A stretch of DNA of 63,735 nt, counting the filler, from Collodictyon triciliatum (taxonomy: Eukaryota): the NCBI GenBank assembly GCA_043381765.1. It is 17 parts of 17 records of this genome, joined end to end, with 100 filler letters (N's around TTAATTAATTAA, not from the genome) between each part and the next. Parts side by side here need not be neighbours in the genome. Positions count along the whole stretch, not along the records: positions 54,282 to 58,054 come from JBHJMP010006908.1; positions 58,155 to 61,923 come from JBHJMP010006909.1; positions 62,024 to 63,735 come from JBHJMP010007000.1; 14 more parts are not named here. One strand, 5' to 3'. Of the stretch, positions 57,729 to 63,735 are shown one piece after another. Position numbers and translations under genes: made by a program. Within the stretch, counting starts at the first letter, position 1. The number at the start of each line of letters is the position of its first letter. The notes beneath the pieces are model-generated. The model worked only from the letters and a program-made list of their open reading frames with translations. It was not told where the DNA came from and did not search any database.

Positions 57729-59628
57729 TCAAGATGTGGGTTGTTTGTGACCTTTGTGTTTTTCTTTGCTCGCTGCAGCGTGCTGGCGATGGGTCGCTCG
57801 CCAAAGCGTTTTCTATGTTTCGGCTTTGCATCATATTTTCCACATGTGTTTATTGCTTATGAAAATAGATCGTTTCGTCTTTCGCCGAAATTTCAGCACA
57901 GAACGGAACCACATAAATTTCCTTGCGTTTCATTCCCATGATCAGCCAGGATTCCAAAACACAATAAAACACAATAAAACACAATAAAACACAATAAAAC
58001 ACAATAAAACACAATAAAACACAATAAAACACAATAAAACACAATAAAACACAANNNNNNNNNNNNNNNNNNNNNNNNNNNNNNNNNNNNNNNNNNNNTT
58101 AATTAATTAANNNNNNNNNNNNNNNNNNNNNNNNNNNNNNNNNNNNNNNNNNNNTTCTTTTTCTTTTTCTTTTTCTTTTTCTTTTTCTTTTTCTTTTTCT
58201 TTTTCTTTTTCTTTTTCTTTTTCTTTTTCTTTTTCTTTTCTTTTTCTTTTTCTTTTCTTTGAGCCTTGGAATGTCATCGAAAATCCACCGAGTGGTGGTG
58301 TACCTTGGCAAAAGTAGTTGTTCGCAGAAGTCCCAGTTCGCTGTCTCTGGCTCCCATCGGGTGGAAATGTAAACGTGCAGCCTTGCCATCTTCTCGAGTC
58401 CTTTTAGCTTTCTCCAGCCTATGTCGCGAGGGTGAGTACACCACTGGACTTTTGTTTCTCTTACTGCTTATCTCTCTCTCTCTCTCCCTCTGTCTGTCGG
58501 TGTGTTGTTTGGCCTCCCTCTCAATCACCTGATGCTTTCAATTATTTGTTGGTTTATTTTGGCTCTAAAAACCCTGGGCTGCGAGGGAAAGAAAGGTGGG
58601 GGAGGGATGAGCAGCCTCAGGTGGTCGACGAGGTGAGGCGACAGGGAGGGGGGATAATGGGGCGGGTGAGCTCTTATCTGTTCAGAGTCGCTGTCGGAGA
58701 GTGGGGTGGGAGGTCCGTGAGGATACCTTCGAAGGGGCTATCATGCGGAATAATATCAAACGATGAAGATTTTCCCGTGTTTTTTTTTTCTTTCTTGTTT
58801 TGTGGTGGGTGGTTTTCGTCTGGTATGTAGGGAAGGCTGGAGGAGAACGTGAATGGGTGTGGAGCAGAAGGTGTTAAAGGGTTTTGGGATGGTCGGGGGT
58901 GTGGAGCGGCAGGGACGGAAGCGGCTACGGTCTTGGGCGTGGTGAATGCTAGTCCGGAGACAGACATCTGCGAGAAATGCCTCAGCTATGATGTCTCGGT
59001 ATAGACCTGGCGGTGGGACGTACTCGCAGGGACTGATAAGATATGTGTATCTTCATATGAAATCTATCGAACCTTCCAGTCCCTTGCGTCAGATTCTCAT
59101 CTCGCAGGCAATCAACAGTGGGGAGAGATTCGACGTTTCTTTGCTGATAATGCCCCTCCCCCCAGAACAAGGCAGGGTCTTTGGTATTATTGATAACGAG
59201 GAGCAAATGAAAAAGAGAAGAAAAGAAAACGAGAGGGGGATAAAGAACGGGACTGAAAGAAAAGTAGATTGGGCAAAAAAAAAAAAAACGGCTTATATGT
59301 AAACGATGTATGCATGGAGATAGATAGGGGTTTAGCAGCTGCAGAGTTATCGTCTATTGACCCATAGAGAGGCCCTGAAAATCATTGTCTGTTTCAGGAT
59401 TTGACTGCAAAAAATCTGCACTTCTTCCATCTCTATCTACGAAATGGGCTACATCGTGCGGTGTCATGGCGGCTGGGCGACTTGAATAGGAAAGAGGGGG
59501 GCGATTGTGATGCGGAGAAAATGTTTGAATCTATAGGAGAAAAAACTCGTGGTTATTTTTCTCTCCGTTTTTTTAGATGGATAGAGACCATCCAACTCAT
59601 GTTGGTATGGAATCAATAACCATACACT

Positions 59629-61320
59629 CTAAGAGATGCGTACCCTTTTTGATATACTACTCAAATGTTGAATATGAACGCCACTGACCTGGTGGGCCTG
59701 ATGGGGGTATTGCGCCTGTGTTTGTTGGGTGTTGGGATGTAGGTAGCTACGAGGGGCATCGTAACTTCCTTGTTGATGCCCGTTGTGTGACCGACTCTCG
59801 GAGAACCCTGAGTCCGAAGTGGTGCCCTGGTGGGGCTCCTGCTCTTGTTCTCGTTCTTGCTCGCGCTCACCTTCTTGCCTTTCACGAGGAAGGGCCATGA
59901 CTGTATTGAGCATTTTCATAACAGCTTGGTTTTGCTCCACCCAGACGACAAACTTCGCTTGTTGTTGAGGGGTAAATAGGGTTCGAATTTCATTCACACA
60001 TCGCTGCAGTGAGTCGAGTCTCAAGCATATTTCATCGCGAAGGAGGTCGAACTTGTGGATGCAGGAAGTTAGCTCCTTGTTTTGTGCGCGAATGAAGTCC
60101 CTATACTGAATTAACCGCTGGCGCTGCTCATCAGTCCAGCCTAGTTCGTCAGACAACATACTCCATATGGTCCCTCCTGATGATTTTGACCCCATGTCAT
60201 AGAACTCATCGTGTTGGTCAAGGCCCCACAGAATGAACTTGACTTGCTGTGCAGGAATAAGCAAATCTTTAATTTGCTCTAGGTGGTATAGAATGGCAGA
60301 TTGGCCTTGTTTGTAGCAAATATCAGAGAACCGGGCAAGTAGAACAGCACAGTCCTTTTCTGTGTCTTTCCCATTCACTAGACCCTCCAGGGCGATGGCT
60401 ACTTTACGCTGTTCATCTCTAAGCTTCTCCTTGGTGTACCAATATTCTTGCTGAAGCTCCTGGATTCGGCTCGACAGGCGCCCAACTTTTTCTTCCAATG
60501 ATTGTATGTATGCTTTCTTCCTACGTCTGCACAGACGTGCTGACTCTCGATTCTTTTCAAGCCTTTTTTTAAATGAATAGTTAGCATCCAAATATACAGG
60601 CATTTTCAAGTGTGGGTGAGTTTGTATAAGGATGGTATGGTATAGTAATGAGTAATGGAACTGCGATGTTATCAAGTATATTATTGATTCACATGTATTG
60701 AAATGTATGGTCTTAGAAAAGTGGAGAGATATAGAATTAGTGATTATGGTGGTTTCGGGAAGGGAGGATTACGACTCTACTTTTTGGAACGCTTAGATTC
60801 ATCTGCCACAGATTCCGTCATATCATCAAACCCTGAAAAACCTTTGGTGTCGTAAGATGAGACTGTTGCGAGGGGGGACATGCTAGGCTCGCTATATTCG
60901 AAGGATGATGACGCTGGAAACTTTGGATACGGACTTCGCTGCTGCGTTTGGTGGGAGTGCGATATCGCGTGCGAGTGTGCATTTGTATGGGTGTGTGAGT
61001 GTGAATGCGGGTAGGAGTGGGGCTGGGGCTGCGAAAACCCTGGTTGTTTGCGTTTCAAACGTATGTTAAAACATATGGGTGACCCAGCTAATCAGCGTTT
61101 CTGATGTTCTCTCGTGGAGAAATGATTTGGAAATAGTAATAAAAGAAAAAATATGTTAATAATAGACGTCTGGATAAAGGCTCGTATGAGCCAAGTGGAT
61201 GAAGGTAAATTCTAGCTGCCTCTGTCTAGTACCTTGCACGTTGGAAGGAAAGGCTTGTTCGAAATTGTCGAAGGTAAAGGGATCCACTCGTCTTCTAGGT
61301 GGCTGGCCGTTAAGGGGACT
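59629..61320 (-). CDS. bZIP transcription factor with a C-terminal DOG1-like helical region; ends uncertain, with probable further exons to about 58274
   Basis: KRSK|KLEKNRESARLCRRRKKAYIQSLEEKVGRLSSRIQEL, followed by a helical region ending FTPQQQAKFVVWVE. Confidence 0.82.
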
Positions 61321-61494
61321 GCAAGTTACAGAAAGCAAAAGGAGCGCGTAGGTTCCAGTCAGCGACATATCAAGAGAAAGAGAAAAAGGGAGAAATGTAA
61401 AGAACAGGTACAGATAGACAAAGGATCACGTAGGTTTCTGTCTCCAAAGAGACGTGGTTGGCGGAGATGGCGAACAAATTGAACGATTTCTCAG

Positions 61495-61923
61495 TTGTTT
61501 TGTGTTGTCTTGTGTTGTCTTGTGTTGTTTTGTGTTGTTTTGTGTTGTGTTGTTTTGTGTTGTGTTGTTTTGTGTTGTTTTGTGCTGTTTTGTGTTATTT
61601 AGTTTTGTTTTGTTTTGTGTTGTTTTGTTTTGTGTTGTTTTGTTTTGTGTTGTTTTGTGTTGTTTTGTTTTGTGTTGGTTTGTTTTGTTTTGTGTTGGTT
61701 TGTTTTTTGTTGTTTTGTGTTGTTTTGTTTTGTGTTGTCTTGTGTTGTTTTGTGTTGTGTTGTGTTGTGTTGTGTTGTGTTGTGTTGTGTTGTTTTGTGT
61801 TGTTTTGTGTTGTCTTGTGTTGCCTTGTGTTGTTTTGTGTTGTTTTGTGTTGTTTTGTGTTGTTTTGTGTTGTTTTGTGTTGTTTTGTGTTGTTTTGTGT
61901 TGTGTTGTGTTGTTTTGTGTTGT
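61495..61923 (+). repeat. (TGTGT/TGTTT)n pentamer microsatellite
   Basis: Tandem repeat; source of spurious C/V/L/F ORFs. Confidence 0.95.
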
Positions 61924-62886
61924 NNNNNNNNNNNNNNNNNNNNNNNNNNNNNNNNNNNNNNNNNNNNTTAATTAATTAANNNNNNNNNNNNNNNNNNNNN
62001 NNNNNNNNNNNNNNNNNNNNNNNCTTTTTCCTTTTTCCTTTTTCCTTTTTCCTTTTTCCTTTTTCCTTTCTCCTTTTTCCTTTTACCTTTTACCTTTTAC
62101 CTTTCTCCTTTTATCTTTTACCTTTTACCTTTCTCCTTTTATCTTTTTCCTTTTTCCTTTTTCCTTTCTCCTTTTTCCTTTTACCTTTTACCTTTTACCT
62201 TTCTCCTTTTATCTTTTTCCTTTTTCCTTTTCCTTTTTCCTTTTTCCTTTTTCCTTTTATCTTTTTACTTTTTCTTTTTCTTTTTCTTTTTCTCTTTCTT
62301 TATCTTTCTCTCATTTCTTTCATTTCTTTCATTTCTTTCATTTCTTAATTGTAATTACAGTCGCTTCTGTCAATCGTTTTCATGCTACGTTATGTTATGT
62401 TATGTTATGTTATGTTATGTTATGTTATGTCATGTCATGTCATGTCATGTCATGTATTGTGTGTTTATATCCTCTGCGCTCCGTTGTTCGCAATGTTTGA
62501 AGAATTTTTTTGCCTATATCATCGTTCTTGCTTATTTCGTTCCTCCGTTTGGGGGCCATTGGCTTCTAAGCATGTTTCTCTGGGCATTTTGTCGCACTTC
62601 TTCCCCCACTATTTACTCCTCTAATCATATCTTTATTTACACGCACTGTATCTGGTACCATCATTTCTTTTGATGTCATTTTTGCAAGGTTGATCTAGAG
62701 CAATATGCAACACTTTCATTTCTCATATTTGTAGTCTCCCTATTTTTATCCATTGGTATTGTCCTACATTATCACCAATCCTTCTTATCCTCATAATATC
62801 CTTTATTCTACCTTTTTATTTATTCATTTAATCTTACAATCCTCTACCAACGAATCAACCGAAAACATGGCTTATCAATCATCCAG

Positions 62887-63646
62887 GACTTTCCGGTTTG
62901 GACGCCGACCCAACAAAGTCGATGCGCTTGTGGGACTTGCTTTTGGAAAGTCGTACGAAGTTCTTAAGGATGGTTCACAGTTTGTAGAGGCCGAACTCCC
63001 AGACTCTGAATCAGTTTTGGCTGGTATATACAATACCGATTTATTCTTACAAATATGCATAGATACAACACTATTCTTATGTATAATGAAGTATTTGATT
63101 TGTTTATTTATCAATAGTATTGTCTTTTATATACAATCTTTTTTTTTAAAAAAAAAAAACAAAACAATTTACACTGACGTTTCAAATGTTAATTTTTAAA
63201 TACCGTTTTTTCTCATAGAGGATGCAGGGGAAGGTACCAATCAATTTATTGTGGATGACAACCAGTCGCAAAAGTTAACGTCTGAAGATATCAAAAAGAT
63301 GAGAGAAGACGGTGCCAGCGGAACGCAGATCATCCAGGCTTTGGTCGAAAACAGTGCTAGTTTTCAGAGTCGTTCAGAGTTTTCTCGAGAGAAATATATT
63401 CGCCGTAAACAAAAAAAGTAAAATAGATAAAATTAAATTACTATCCCTTTTACATATAGTTTTCTATAAGAGAAAAACAACGTATCAAAAAACCTAGGAC
63501 CCTAACTTCGACACAACCTCAGTTAAGTAATATTCTATACCTGGATCTATAAAACCGCACAGATATTTGAACATGGTCACTATCCTGCGTCCTACAGTGC
63601 AGCTGGTCCAACAAGTCTACTTTCTGAAGAACCCAGCCCGAATTAT
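62887..63646 (+). CDS. TRM6: tRNA m1A58 methyltransferase non-catalytic subunit (Gcd10), internal exons
   Basis: TNQFIVDDNQSQKLTSEDIKKMR...IIQALVENSASFQSRSEFSREKYIRRKQKK|YL. Confidence 0.9.
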
Positions 63647-63735
63647 GTAAGTCTTAACTACTTACATCTACAAAAAAAAAAAAAAAAAAAAAAATCTTCC
63701 ACCTTTTTCTTTTCTTTTTTTTTTTTTTTTTTTTT

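Overview
This window is not one locus. It is 17 short contigs (16 complete at about 3.77-3.78 kb, roughly size-sorted, plus one partial) joined by artificial 100-nt N44-TTAATTAATTAA-N44 spacers, so adjacency across spacers means nothing. The DNA is from an intron-rich eukaryote, probably a protist. It has GT-AG introns, the standard genetic code, flagellar genes (TMEM17, DRC3), a mitochondrial-type MetRS, and many microsatellites at which most contigs break. Recognisable genes, mostly partial: TMEM17, SLC35D-like nucleotide-sugar transporter, PAF1, an ankyrin protein, DNAJB12-like, a DUF4062 protein, an LRR protein, catalase, Kv-beta/AKR, GLE1-like, ALG1, DRC3, galactokinase, FAE1-type KCS, MetRS, a bZIP factor and TRM6. 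The most interesting locus is a minus-strand gene at 46855-50130. Four one-TPR-per-exon cassettes (126 nt, phase 2-2; one with an in-frame TGA, one 1 nt short) splice onto a 2.36-kb intronless exon encoding pentapeptide repeats, highly similar WD40 repeats and Sel1 repeats. It is a candidate exon-cassette diversified receptor. An LRR gene on another contig has a parallel one-repeat-per-exon layout. The catalase has two 5' disabling lesions, and there is a decayed LINE-ORF1-like element. All calls come from manual reading and motif recognition; no database searches were run.
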